From NCBI RefSeq assembly GCF_045037415.1, contig NZ_CP173438.1: DNA of 64,000 nt. One strand, given 5' to 3'. Position numbers and translations under genes: made by a program. Shown here piece after piece: positions 52,187 through 62,737 of this stretch. The DNA is from Escherichia coli. GTDB taxonomy: Bacteria; Pseudomonadota; Gammaproteobacteria; Enterobacterales; Enterobacteriaceae. Within the stretch, counting starts at the first letter, position 1. Each line of letters begins with the position of its first letter. Below the pieces are notes generated by a model, which worked only from the letters and a program-made list of their open reading frames with translations, made no database searches and had not been told where the DNA came from.

Positions 52187-52204
52187 TGTAAAATAATATA
52201 TACA
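52187..52204. promoter_or_regulatory. TyrR box upstream of mtr
   Basis: TGTAAA-ATAATA-TATACA matches 11 of 12 positions of TGTAAA-N6-TTTACA, about 110-130 nt upstream of the mtr ATG. Confidence 0.55.
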
Positions 52205-52235
52205 GCCCCGATTTTACCCATCGGGGCTTTTTTTC
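52204..52235 (+). terminator. intrinsic terminator after deaD
   Basis: AGCCCCGAT-TTTACCC-ATCGGGGCT followed by T7. Confidence 0.85.
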
Positions 52236-52243
52236 TGTTTTTT

Positions 52244-52261
52244 GTACTCATGTACTGGTAC
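52244..52261. promoter_or_regulatory. TrpR operator of mtr
   Basis: GTACTCATGTACTGGTAC compared with the trp-operator consensus GTACTAGTTAACTAGTAC gives 12 of 18 matches, with both outer GTAC(T)/(A)GTAC arms intact. Confidence 0.55.
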
Positions 52262-52314
52262 AGTGCAATGCATAACAACGCAGTCGCACTATTTTTCACT
52301 GGAGAGAAGCCCTC

Positions 52315-53559
52315 ATGGCAACACTAACCACCACCCAAACGTCACCGTCGCTGCTTGGCGGCGTGGTGATTATCGGCGGCACCATTATTGGCGCAGGGAT
52401 GTTTTCTCTGCCAGTGGTCATGTCCGGGGCGTGGTTCTTCTGGTCAATGGCGGCGCTGATTTTCACCTGGTTCTGTATGCTGCATTCCGGCTTGATGATT
52501 CTGGAAGCTAACCTGAATTACCGAATCGGTTCGAGCTTTGACACCATCACCAAAGACCTGCTCGGCAAAGGCTGGAACGTGGTCAACGGCATTTCCATTG
52601 CCTTTGTGCTCTACATCCTGACCTATGCCTATATTTCTGCCAGTGGTTCGATTCTGCATCACACCTTCGCAGAGATGTCGCTAAACGTCCCGGCACGGGC
52701 AGCGGGTTTTGGTTTTGCACTGTTGGTGGCGTTTGTGGTGTGGTTGAGCACCAAAGCCGTCAGTCGCATGACAGCGATTGTGCTGGGGGCGAAAGTCATT
52801 ACCTTCTTCCTCACCTTCGGTAGCCTGCTGGGGCATGTGCAGCCTGCGACATTGTTCAACGTCGCCGAAAGCAATGCGTCTTATGCACCGTATCTGTTGA
52901 TGACGCTGCCGTTCTGTCTGGCATCGTTTGGTTATCACGGTAACGTACCGAGCCTGATGAAGTATTACGGCAAAGATCCGAAAACCATCGTGAAATGCCT
53001 GGTGTACGGTACGCTGATGGCGCTGGCGCTGTATACCATCTGGTTGCTGGCGACGATGGGTAACATCCCGCGTCCGGAGTTTATCGGCATCGCCGAGAAG
53101 GGCGGTAATATTGATGTGCTGGTACAGGCGTTAAGCGGCGTACTGAACAGCCGTAGCCTGGACCTTCTGCTGGTTGTGTTCTCAAACTTTGCGGTAGCGA
53201 GTTCGTTCCTTGGCGTAACGCTGGGCCTGTTTGACTATCTGGCAGATCTGTTTGGTTTCGACGACTCGGCTGTGGGCCGTTTGAAAACAGCGTTGCTGAC
53301 CTTTGCCCCGCCGGTTGTGGGTGGCCTGCTGTTTCCTAACGGATTCCTGTACGCCATTGGTTATGCTGGCTTAGCGGCTACCATCTGGGCGGCAATTGTT
53401 CCGGCGCTGCTGGCCCGCGCATCGCGTAAACGCTTTGGTAGCCCGAAATTCCGTGTATGGGGCGGCAAGCCGATGATTGTGCTGATTCTGGTGTTTGGCG
53501 TCGGCAACGCACTGGTGCATATCTTATCGAGCTTTAATGTGCTGCCGGTGTATCAGTAA
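52315..53559 (+). CDS. mtr: tryptophan-specific permease
   Basis: 414 aa polytopic protein. Matches Mtr (HAAAP family). Confidence 0.97.
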   Translation: MATLTTTQTSPSLLGGVVIIGGTIIGAGMFSLPVVMSGAWFFWSMAALIFTWFCMLHSGLMILEANLNYRIGSSFDTITKDLLGKGWNVVNGISIAFVLYILTYAYISASGSILHHTFAEMSLNVPARAAGFGFALLVAFVVWLSTKAVSRMTAIVLGAKVITFFLTFGSLLGHVQPATLFNVAESNASYAPYLLMTLPFCLASFGYHGNVPSLMKYYGKDPKTIVKCLVYGTLMALALYTIWLLATMGNIPRPEFIGIAEKGGNIDVLVQALSGVLNSRSLDLLLVVFSNFAVASSFLGVTLGLFDYLADLFGFDDSAVGRLKTALLTFAPPVVGGLLFPNGFLYAIGYAGLAATIWAAIVPALLARASRKRFGSPKFRVWGGKPMIVLILVFGVGNALVHILSSFNVLPVYQ

Positions 53560-53565
53560 TCAGAG

Positions 53566-53660
53566 GTGCCTTATCCGACATTTCTGCTGCCTACACAATG
53601 CCTGATGCGCTTCGCTTATCAGGCCTACGTAGGACAGCGTTGCCATCTCGGATAAGGCTT
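53566..53660. repeat. BIME/REP cluster between mtr and yhbW
   Basis: Central REP GCCTGATGCGCTTCGCTTATCAGGCCTAC (53600..53628), flanked by inverted partial REP arms GCCTTATCCGA / TCGGATAAGGC. Confidence 0.8.
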
Positions 53661-53676
53661 CCTACGTTAAAACACA

Positions 53677-54684
53677 CTACCCCAACAACTCTTCCTTCAC
53701 ATCCATCGCCAGCTCAAACGAATGCAGGCGTGCCTGGTGGTCGAAAATCTGCCCGTTAACCATAATCTCATCGGCGTCGGTTTCGCGCAGGATCGACTGC
53801 AAGCCATGACGCACTTTCGCTTTATCGCCCACCAGCGACATACTTAGCGCCTGCTGCACGCCATACTGTTCGGACGGTGACCAGAACTGATCCATATTTT
53901 GAATCGGTGGCGGCAGTTGCCCGGTTTCGCCGCGACGCAGCTTCACAAAGGCTTGCTGCATTGAGGTAAACAGAAACTCAGCGTCGCGGTTACTGTCGGC
54001 GGCAATAATATTGATGCACACCATCGCATACGGTTTCTCCAGCCGTGCCGACGGTTTGAAGTTGCTGCGATAAAGATGCAGCGCCTGGAACAGCATATCC
54101 GGCGCGAAGTGTGAGGCAAACGCGAACGGCAGACCAAGCTGCGCCGCCAGTTGTGCACTGTAAAGGCTGGAGCCTAGCAACCACACCGGGATTTTCTCGC
54201 CATAGCCCGGTACAGGGCGCACATGCGGATTGGGATCGCGGGCATCAAACCAGTCCACCAGTTCCGCGACATCGCGAGGGAAATTATCAATATCGCCGCT
54301 CATATGACGACGTAGCGCCATCATTGTCCGTTGGTCGCTACCCGGCGCGCGACCCAGCCCCAAATCGATTCGCCCCGGATAGAGCGTATTAAGCGTGCCG
54401 AACTGTTCGGCAATGACCAACGGTGAGTGGTTAGGCAACATCACGCCGCCAGACCCCAGATGCAGCGTGGTGGTATTCGCCGCCAGATAGCCAATTAACA
54501 CCGACGTTGCAGCACTGGCAATGCCGGTCATATTGTGGTGTTCTGCCAGCCAGTAGCGATGATAGCCGCGCTTTTCAGCCAGACGGGCGAGGTCGAGAGA
54601 GTGGGAGAACGCTTCCCGCGCTGAAGAACCTTCGGGGATGGGGGCCAGATCGAGTAGCGAAAACGCAATGGTTTTATCAGTCAT
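53677..54684 (-). CDS. yhbW: luciferase-like (FMN-dependent) monooxygenase family protein YhbW
   Basis: 335 aa, [51 protein letters not shown]... (LLM class). Confidence 0.93.
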   Translation of the reverse strand: MTDKTIAFSLLDLAPIPEGSSAREAFSHSLDLARLAEKRGYHRYWLAEHHNMTGIASAATSVLIGYLAANTTTLHLGSGGVMLPNHSPLVIAEQFGTLNTLYPGRIDLGLGRAPGSDQRTMMALRRHMSGDIDNFPRDVAELVDWFDARDPNPHVRPVPGYGEKIPVWLLGSSLYSAQLAAQLGLPFAFASHFAPDMLFQALHLYRSNFKPSARLEKPYAMVCINIIAADSNRDAEFLFTSMQQAFVKLRRGETGQLPPPIQNMDQFWSPSEQYGVQQALSMSLVGDKAKVRHGLQSILRETDADEIMVNGQIFDHQARLHSFELAMDVKEELLG

Positions 54685-54687
54685 AAC

Positions 54688-54758
54688 AGCTCACTTTGTT
54701 ACCGATTAGTCTTTAATACTGCATTAAAGAGTAGTTAAAGTTGTTAACAAAGTGAGCT
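54688..54758 (-). promoter_or_regulatory. 14-bp perfect inverted repeat with nested hairpin between ubiV stop and yhbW start
   Basis: AGCTCACTTTGTTA (54688..54701) and TAACAAAGTGAGCT (54745..54758). The inner 8-bp hairpin is TCTTTAAT-ACTGC-ATTAAAGA (54710..54730). In the minus-strand RNA the 3' arm ends 3 nt before the yhbW ATG and covers its SD-like AAGUGAG. Confidence 0.6.
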
Positions 54759-54764
54759 ATATAC

Positions 54765-55643
54765 TTACGCTTGCAGCTCCAGCCCGGCCAGCCGCCGCCA
54801 GTAGCCGTTACAGTCGCTGTTTGCCGTCAACGGTAGTGGCGCAGCGCCATTTTCATTAGCGCGGAAGGCATCGAGCATTGCGAAAGTGTCAGTACCCTGC
54901 GGTGACAGGCGGACCACATCGACCAGCCCCTGCATGGATGCCAGCTCGTTACCGAGGTTGTAAACGTAGCCGCTCATGGTCTGAATGCCGTTGAGTACAA
55001 ACACTTGTTGGTTTTCCTGCGACAGTACGTTGCGCCCGTTCGGATACTTAATGCAGCAGGTTTCACACTCATCTTTCGGGCGGTCTTCCGAACGCGCGGT
55101 AAAGCAGCGTGCGGAGTAGGCCAGCGGTAGATGACCGTAGCTCAGGACTTCCACTTCAAACTGGTTGCGAATGCCCAACTCATCGCACTGATTAAGCAGA
55201 TTCACCAGCCAGTCGCGGGAAAGCTCCACCGGCATACACCAGCGCATCATGCCCTGTTTAAGCAATATTTTCAGCGTCACCGCGTTGTAGCAGTTCAGCG
55301 CGTGCCCGGCGACGAACGGCAGTTTGCGTTCAGCGCACATATTCACCACGCCGAGATCGCTGGCTTCAATCAGAAACTCACCGTTCTCAACATAGCGTTT
55401 CAGTTCGCCCAGTTCAGAGGATGCCTGCACCAGCGCCAGCGTGGAGAGCACAATCTGCTTACCACTTCCGGCGAGTGATTTTGCCATCTCCAGCCAGTCG
55501 CCAACTTTGGTTGCCCGGCGCTTGCTGCATACCGCTTCACCAAGATAAATCACGTCTGCGCTGCTGGCGGCGGCCTGCTGATAAAAGTCTTCCAGCGTCT
55601 CTTTTGGCCAGTACCATAGCACCGGCCCTAAGGAATATTTCAT
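54765..55643 (-). CDS. ubiV: U32-family protein UbiV (O2-independent ubiquinone biosynthesis)
   Basis: Track ORF trimmed to ATG 55643 (MKYSLGPVLWYWPKETLEDFYQ...), 292 aa. Formerly YhbV. Confidence 0.93.
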   Translation of the reverse strand: MKYSLGPVLWYWPKETLEDFYQQAAASSADVIYLGEAVCSKRRATKVGDWLEMAKSLAGSGKQIVLSTLALVQASSELGELKRYVENGEFLIEASDLGVVNMCAERKLPFVAGHALNCYNAVTLKILLKQGMMRWCMPVELSRDWLVNLLNQCDELGIRNQFEVEVLSYGHLPLAYSARCFTARSEDRPKDECETCCIKYPNGRNVLSQENQQVFVLNGIQTMSGYVYNLGNELASMQGLVDVVRLSPQGTDTFAMLDAFRANENGAAPLPLTANSDCNGYWRRLAGLELQA

Positions 55644-55651
55644 TGCTTTTC

Positions 55652-56647
55652 TCACTGCCATTTACGGTGATACGCGCCAAGGGTAGTTTGCGTGCCTTCG
55701 GACATCGACCCGAGCGTCTCCATCCACGCGCTTTGCGGTACGAAGTTTTGCGGATCGGCCTTACAACGGTCGATAGCCTGACGCCAGACTTTCGCCACCT
55801 GGCTGACATACGCCGGGCTACGCTGGCGGCCTTCAATTTTCACCGAAGCAATATTCGCCGCCATTAACTCCGGCAGCAGTTCCAGGGTATTGAGACTGGT
55901 TGGTTCTTCCAGCGCGTGATAGCGCTCGCCGTCCACCAGATAACGCCCTTTACACAGCGTCGGATAACCTGCGTTTTCGCCGTCCTGATAACGGTCGATC
56001 AGCACTTCGTTCAGGCGGGATTCCAGCCCTTGCGGCGTTTGCTGCCAGCGCACGAAACGGGCCGGAGAACATGCCCCCACGGTGTTGGGCGATTCACCCG
56101 TCAGATACGACGACAGATAGCAACGGCCTTCCGACATAATGCACAGGCTGCCGAAAGCAAACACTTCCAGTGGTACAGGTGTGACCCGTGCCAGCTGTTT
56201 CACCTGATGAATCGACAACACGCGCGGCAGTACCACGCGGGCAACGTCAAAATGGCGATGATAAAAGTTAATCGCCTCTTCATTGGTCGCCGAAGCCTGC
56301 ACCGATACGTGGCGCTCAATATGCGGATAACGTTCGGCGGCGTACTCCAGCATGGCGAGGTCGGCGAGGATCAGCGCGTCGGCACCCAGTTGCGCCGCCA
56401 TATCCACGGCGTGCTGCCAACGGGCGTAACCGTCCGGATGCGCAAAAGTGTTAATCGCGATGTGAAGTTTGCGGCGATGTTGATGGACAAAACTCACCGC
56501 TTCCTGCAATTTTTTCTCGGTAAAGTTAAGGCCGGCGAAGTGACGGGCATTGGTATCATCTTTTAGCCCGATATAAACAGCATCTGCGCCGTTTTCGATG
56601 GCCGCCTTAAGCGCCGGGAGATTTCCGGCAGGGCAGAGCAGCTCCAT
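55652..56647 (-). CDS. ubiU: U32-family protein UbiU (O2-independent ubiquinone biosynthesis)
   Basis: Track ORF (TTG 56674) trimmed to ATG 56647 (MELLCPAGNLPALKAAIENGADAVYIGL...), 331 aa. Formerly YhbU. Confidence 0.93.
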   Translation of the reverse strand: MELLCPAGNLPALKAAIENGADAVYIGLKDDTNARHFAGLNFTEKKLQEAVSFVHQHRRKLHIAINTFAHPDGYARWQHAVDMAAQLGADALILADLAMLEYAAERYPHIERHVSVQASATNEEAINFYHRHFDVARVVLPRVLSIHQVKQLARVTPVPLEVFAFGSLCIMSEGRCYLSSYLTGESPNTVGACSPARFVRWQQTPQGLESRLNEVLIDRYQDGENAGYPTLCKGRYLVDGERYHALEEPTSLNTLELLPELMAANIASVKIEGRQRSPAYVSQVAKVWRQAIDRCKADPQNFVPQSAWMETLGSMSEGTQTTLGAYHRKWQ

Positions 56648-56727
56648 AATTTTTCCTGAAGGTTGCGCTATCAAAACGCAAAAATGTTAACGAACTGGGA
56701 TTTTAGTTAACCTTGCTGCGACAATTT

Positions 56728-56741
56728 TTGATTTAAGGCAG
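56728..56741. promoter_or_regulatory. Fnr-like half-site, copy 1 (ubiU/ubiT divergent region)
   Basis: TTGATTTAAGGCAG: the left half matches TTGAT of TTGAT-N4-ATCAA and the right half is poor. It is part of the repeated motif AATTnTTGATTTA. Confidence 0.35.
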
Positions 56742-56783
56742 TTAAAGTTGTATTGGTGGTAGCAGCAATTTCATATGGAATTG

Positions 56784-56797
56784 TTGATTTATACCGC
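56784..56797. promoter_or_regulatory. Fnr-like half-site, copy 2 (ubiU/ubiT divergent region)
   Basis: TTGATTTATACCGC: the same AATTnTTGATTTA motif, 56 bp from copy 1. Confidence 0.35.
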
Positions 56798-56855
56798 TAT
56801 GTTATTTTTCTGATATGGCAAAATAGGATGATTGTTGAAACAGGGAGTAAAACTC

Positions 56856-57380
56856 GTGTTGGATAAACTGCGTTCCCGTATTGTGCATTTGGGGCCATCT
56901 CTGTTGAGTGTACCGGTAAAACTGACGCCATTTGCGCTAAAACGCCAGGTTCTTGAGCAGGTCTTAAGCTGGCAATTCCGTCAGGCGCTGGATGATGGCG
57001 AGCTGGAGTTTCTTGAAGGTCGCTGGTTAAGTATTCATGTGCGTGATATTGACCTGCAATGGTTTACCTCGGTGGTGAATGGCAAACTGGTCGTTAGCCA
57101 GAACGCGCAAGCTGATGTGAGTTTTAGTGCCGACGCCAGCGATCTGCTGATGATTGCGGCGCGTAAACAAGATCCGGATACGCTCTTCTTCCAGCGTCGG
57201 CTGGTGATTGAAGGCGATACGGAGCTGGGGCTGTATGTGAAAAACCTGATGGACGCCATTGAACTGGAGCAAATGCCGAAAGCCTTACGCATGATGCTGC
57301 TGCAACTGGCGGATTTTGTTGAGGCGGGAATGAAAACCGCGCCTGAAACCAAACAGACATCGGTAGGTGAACCATGCTAA
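56856..57380 (+). CDS. ubiT: SCP2-domain ubiquinone biosynthesis accessory factor UbiT
   Basis: Track ORF (TTG 56832) trimmed to GTG 56856, preceded by SD GGGAG. This gives the 174-aa (M)LDKLRSRIVHLGPSLLSVPVKL... Formerly YhbT. Confidence 0.88.
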   Translation: MLDKLRSRIVHLGPSLLSVPVKLTPFALKRQVLEQVLSWQFRQALDDGELEFLEGRWLSIHVRDIDLQWFTSVVNGKLVVSQNAQADVSFSADASDLLMIAARKQDPDTLFFQRRLVIEGDTELGLYVKNLMDAIELEQMPKALRMMLLQLADFVEAGMKTAPETKQTSVGEPC

Positions 57381-57877
57381 TTCGAGTAGAAATTCCCATT
57401 GATGCGCCGGGTATTGATGCCCTGCTGCGTCGTTCATTCGAAAGTGATGCGGAAGCGAAGCTGGTTCACGATCTGCGTGAAGATGGCTTTCTGACGCTGG
57501 GGCTGGTGGCGACAGATGACGAAGGTCAGGTCATTGGCTATGTGGCTTTTAGTCCGGTTGATGTGCAGGGCGAAGACCTGCAATGGGTCGGCATGGCACC
57601 GCTGGCGGTTGATGAAAAATACCGTGGACAGGGGCTGGCACGCCAACTGGTCTATGAAGGACTCGATTCGCTTAATGAGTTCGGCTATGCCGCAGTGGTG
57701 ACGCTGGGCGATCCGGCGCTGTACAGCCGTTTCGGCTTTGAACTGGCGGCGCATCACGATCTGCATTGCCGCTGGCCGGGCACTGAAAGCGCCTTCCAGG
57801 TACATCGTTTAGCGGATGACGCGCTGAACGGCGTAACTGGTCTGGTCGAGTATCACGAGCATTTCAATCGCTTTTAA
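57374..57877 (+). CDS. yhbS: GNAT-family N-acetyltransferase YhbS
   Basis: 167 aa. Acetyl-CoA motif [11 protein letters not shown]. The ATG overlaps the ubiT stop (ATGCTAA, 7-nt overlap). Confidence 0.93.
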   Translation: MLIRVEIPIDAPGIDALLRRSFESDAEAKLVHDLREDGFLTLGLVATDDEGQVIGYVAFSPVDVQGEDLQWVGMAPLAVDEKYRGQGLARQLVYEGLDSLNEFGYAAVVTLGDPALYSRFGFELAAHHDLHCRWPGTESAFQVHRLADDALNGVTGLVEYHEHFNRF

Positions 57878-58166
57878 TCTCCGGGGTTTGCAGGCTGCTC
57901 AACAGTTCTGCAAACCCTGCGCCTTCCGTTACCAGACGCTCTTTTTGCCGTTTAGTCAGTTGTTTAACGCGATATTCCGCTCGTAGTGCCAGCGAACGGT
58001 CGCCCACTGGCGCGGAAAACGCCAGCGTTAGTTCTCCTTTCCCTCGCAGTGCTTTCGCCCCTTTGCCGCTTTGGTGCTGCTGATAGCGGCGTTCGACATC
58101 CGTGGTGATCCCGGTATAAAGCTTATTGTCGGCGGTACGGATCAAGTAAAGAAACCAGGGTGTCAT
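57864..58166 (-). CDS. yhbQ: GIY-YIG domain protein YhbQ
   Basis: 100 aa. [28 protein letters not shown] is the GIY...YIG signature. The 3' end overlaps the yhbS 3' end by 14 nt. Confidence 0.93.
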   Translation of the reverse strand: MTPWFLYLIRTADNKLYTGITTDVERRYQQHQSGKGAKALRGKGELTLAFSAPVGDRSLALRAEYRVKQLTKRQKERLVTEGAGFAELLSSLQTPEIKSD

Positions 58167-58216
58167 CGTCTGCGTCGCATGTTAAGGTCAGGCCCACAGT
58201 ATAAAAGAGAACAGCA

Positions 58217-58639
58217 ATGGAAACACTCACCGCCATCAGCCGTTGGCTGGCAAAACAACATGTTGTCACCTGGTGTGTGCAGCAGGAAGGGGAACTGTGG
58301 TGCGCCAATGCCTTTTATCTTTTTGATGCGCAGAAAGTCGCCTTCTACATTTTGACGGAAGAAAAAACGCGTCATGCGCAGATGAGCGGGCCGCAGGCGG
58401 CAATTGCCGGAACGGTAAACGGTCAGCCGAAAACGGTAGCGTTAATTCGCGGCGTGCAGTTTAAAGGTGAGATCCGCAGACTGGAAGGCGAGGAAAGCGA
58501 CCTCGCACGCAAGGCGTACAATCGTCGCTTTCCGGTTGCCAGAATGCTGTCGGCCCCGGTATGGGAAATCCGGCTCGATGAAATCAAATTCACCGACAAC
58601 ACGCTGGGCTTTGGTAAAAAAATGATTTGGCTACGTAAC

Positions 58640-58660
<21 letters not shown>
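58217..58660 (+). CDS. yhbP: UPF0306 / PNPOx-like split-barrel protein YhbP
   Basis: 147 aa, [49 protein letters not shown]... Confidence 0.92.
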
Positions 58661-59195
<535 letters not shown>

Positions 59196-59196
59196 T

Positions 59197-59246
<50 letters not shown>

Positions 59247-59275
59247 TGGGGAGCGCAAGGCAGACAATTCTGTAA

Positions 59276-59921
<646 letters not shown>

Positions 59922-59993
59922 TTATTCCCAAGAATTGATAGTGAGCGTAATATTCACGCGCTCAATTATCATAACTTATTCCTGGGGAATGCT

Positions 59994-61034
59994 ATGACTG
60001 GTCAGTCTTCATCTCAGGCGGCAACGCCCATTCAGTGGTGGAAACCCGCGCTTTTCTTTCTCGTTGTCATTGCCGGTCTCTGGTATGTGAAATGGCAACC
60101 TTACTACGGCAAAGCGTTTACTGCTGCCGAAACCCACAGTATCGGTAAATCTATCCTTGCGCAGGCGGATGCTAATCCGTGGCAGGCGGCGTTGGATTAC
60201 GCGATGATCTATTTCCTCGCGGTATGGAAAGCGGCGGTGCTGGGGGTGATCCTCGGTTCGTTGATTCAGGTACTGATCCCGCGTGACTGGTTGTTGCGTA
60301 CGCTTGGGCAATCGCGCTTTCGCGGCACGCTGCTGGGAACGCTGTTTTCGCTGCCGGGTATGATGTGTACCTGCTGTGCGGCTCCGGTCGCGGCGGGAAT
60401 GCGTCGCCAACAGGTGTCGATGGGCGGTGCGCTGGCATTCTGGATGGGGAATCCGTTGTTAAACCCGGCGACGCTGGTGTTTATGGGGTTCGTCCTCGGC
60501 TGGGGTTTTGCGGCGATTCGTCTGGTGGCGGGGCTGGTGATGGTGTTGCTGATTGCGACGCTGGTGCAAAAATGGGTGCGTGAAACACCGCAAACGCAGG
60601 CACCGGTCGAAATTGATATACCGGAAGCACAGGGAGGATTTTTTAGCCGCTGGGGCAGGGCGCTATGGACGCTTTTCTGGAGTACGATCCCGGTTTACAT
60701 CCTTGCAGTACTGGTGTTGGGTGCCGCTCGCGTCTGGTTATTCCCCCATGCCGATGGTGCTGTCGATAACAGCCTGATGTGGGTGGTGGCGATGGCGGTG
60801 GCAGGATGCTTGTTTGTCATTCCCACGGCAGCAGAAATTCCGATTGTACAAACGATGATGCTGGCAGGTATGGGAACTGCTCCGGCGCTGGCATTGTTGA
60901 TGACGCTCCCGGCGGTGAGTTTGCCGTCACTGATTATGCTGCGCAAAGCGTTCCCGGCGAAAGCCTTATGGCTGACGGGGGCGATGGTGGCAGTGTCTGG
61001 TGTGATTGTCGGCGGGCTGGCGCTGTTAGTTTGA
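59994..61034 (+). CDS. yraQ: predicted permease YraQ
   Basis: 346 aa polytopic protein. Cys cluster PGMMCTCCAAP in a hydrophobic segment. Matches YraQ. Confidence 0.92.
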   Translation: MTGQSSSQAATPIQWWKPALFFLVVIAGLWYVKWQPYYGKAFTAAETHSIGKSILAQADANPWQAALDYAMIYFLAVWKAAVLGVILGSLIQVLIPRDWLLRTLGQSRFRGTLLGTLFSLPGMMCTCCAAPVAAGMRRQQVSMGGALAFWMGNPLLNPATLVFMGFVLGWGFAAIRLVAGLVMVLLIATLVQKWVRETPQTQAPVEIDIPEAQGGFFSRWGRALWTLFWSTIPVYILAVLVLGAARVWLFPHADGAVDNSLMWVVAMAVAGCLFVIPTAAEIPIVQTMMLAGMGTAPALALLMTLPAVSLPSLIMLRKAFPAKALWLTGAMVAVSGVIVGGLALLV

Positions 61035-61049
61035 TTTGAGGGAAAACAT

Positions 61050-61133
61050 GTCGGATGCGGCGTAAACGCCTTATCCGACCTACGGTTTGCATCGTTGTAG
61101 GCCTGATAAGACGCTGCAAGCGTCGCATCAGGC
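61050..61133. repeat. BIME (two inverted REP elements) between yraQ and dolP
   Basis: GTCGGATGCGGCGTAAACGCCTTATCCGAC (61050..61079) and GCCTGATAAGACGCTGCAAGCGTCGCATCAGGC (61101..61133). Confidence 0.85.
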
Positions 61134-61146
61134 ATTACAAGGGCTG

Positions 61147-61722
61147 CTATTTAATAAACGTAAACGCCGTAGTTACCCGCTTCACGCCGCTTACCCGGCT
61201 GGCAATATCTGCCGCCGCTTTCGCTTCACGTTCAGTCACCAGCCCCATCAGGAACACTTCACCGTTTTCGGTGGTCACTTTCACGTTGGACGATTTCACC
61301 AGGTCGCTGGTTAACAGCTGCGAACGTACTTTGGTGGTGATCCACGTATCGTTAGACGCTTCGCCCAGACCAATCGGCTGGCCCTGACGAATCTCGTTAT
61401 ACACTTCGTTGGCACCGTCTACGCCCATAGCAATCTGTTTGGCGCGAGCCGAAAGTTCAGCGTTTGGTGACTGCCCAACCAGCAGCACTTTGCCCTGATA
61501 GGCCGTTACATTAATGCGCGCTTCTTTCTTAATTTGTTCGTCTTTCGACAATGCGCTGTTCACGCGCACTTCCAAGGTACCATCGTCTACCTGGGTGCCG
61601 ACACTGCGTGGGTCAGTTGCGGCTTTGGTACCCACAGCAGCAGTACCCACTACGGCAGCGGCAACACAACCTTGCAACAGCAGCGCGGAAATAAGGACTG
61701 CGATTGGCGATAATGCCTTCAT
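61147..61722 (-). CDS. dolP: dual-BON-domain outer membrane lipoprotein DolP (YraP)
   Basis: 191 aa. Lipobox LLLQGCV. Two BON domains. Confidence 0.96.
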   Translation of the reverse strand: MKALSPIAVLISALLLQGCVAAAVVGTAAVGTKAATDPRSVGTQVDDGTLEVRVNSALSKDEQIKKEARINVTAYQGKVLLVGQSPNAELSARAKQIAMGVDGANEVYNEIRQGQPIGLGEASNDTWITTKVRSQLLTSDLVKSSNVKVTTENGEVFLMGLVTEREAKAAADIASRVSGVKRVTTAFTFIK

Positions 61723-61731
61723 GTATTCTCC

Positions 61732-62322
61732 TTAAACATCCTGGTGAGGGAAAAGCGTGTTATCGATCAGATCGCACAGGCAATTTACCGTCAGCATATG
61801 CATTTCCTGAATGCGAGCACTACGATGCGAAGGAATGCGGATCTCCACATCCTGTGGCCCTAACAAACCTGCAAGTTCACCGCCGTCATAGCCGGTTAAT
61901 GCCACAATGGTCATATCACGCGTAACGGCAGCTTCTACCGCTTTTACAATATCGCGGCTGTTGCCACGGGTGGAAATGGCTAACAATACATCTCCCGCAT
62001 GACCCAGCGCCCGCACCTGTTTTGCATACACTTCATCATGTAAGCGATCGTTGGCAATTGCCGTTAAGACAACATTATCAGTATTTAGTGCAATGGCAGG
62101 TAAGCTGGGCCGCTCCGTTTCGAAACGGTTGATCATGCTGGCAGCAAAATGCTGTGCATTGGCAGCGGAAGTTCCATTACCACAACAGAGGATTTTGTTG
62201 CCATTGAGCAGAGACTGAACCAGCGTCATGGCTGCACGGGAGATGGCATCCGGAAGCGCCTCTGCCGCCGCAATTTGAGTTTGAATGCTTTCAGTGAAGC
62301 AAGCTTTAATTCTTTCTTGCAC
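61732..62322 (-). CDS. diaA: DnaA initiator-associating protein DiaA (SIS domain)
   Basis: 196 aa, [61 protein letters not shown]... Confidence 0.96.
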
Positions 62323-62341
62323 GCTAATCCTTAAACCTTAA

Positions 62342-62737
62342 TTATGAGTGGTCATTAAAGGCATCCTTAATCCACTCAACCTCATTCCCGGTGAAGGCTA
62401 CCACATCGAACCGGCAATCCACAGTATCAAAACTCCCATTATGACGCGCGAGCCACAAACGGGCAGTCTGTAATAATTTGTGTTGTTTGCTGCGGGTCAC
62501 ACTGGCTGCCGCGCCGCCATAAAGCGCAGAGCGGCGGTAACGCACCTCGATAAAAACGGTGGTCCGGCCTTCACGCATTATCAGATCGATCTCGCCGCCA
62601 CGCTCGTTCACGTTAGCGGCGATAAACCGTAGTCCTTTGCCTTCCAGCCAGCGACGCGCTTGTGCTTCCCACGCATCGCCGGTCTGTTTGGTGGTTAACT
62701 GGCGGGGACTACCTGACCTTGTTGGTACTGTAGCCAT
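62342..62737 (-). CDS. yraN: UPF0102 endonuclease-fold protein YraN
   Basis: 131 aa. GGEIDLIM ... VFIEVRYR is a PD-(D/E)xK-like core. The 5' end overlaps the lpoA 3' end by 43 nt. Confidence 0.9.

Noticed and set aside
52250-52327. 25-codon ORF ([25 protein letters not shown]) with two Trp codons upstream of and overlapping the tryptophan permease gene mtr. It looks attractive as a Trp-sensing leader peptide.
   Set aside because: Its ATG lies inside the TrpR operator and likely promoter core, so it is probably upstream of the transcription start. There is no SD and no terminator/antiterminator alternative downstream. mtr control is already explained by TrpR and TyrR.
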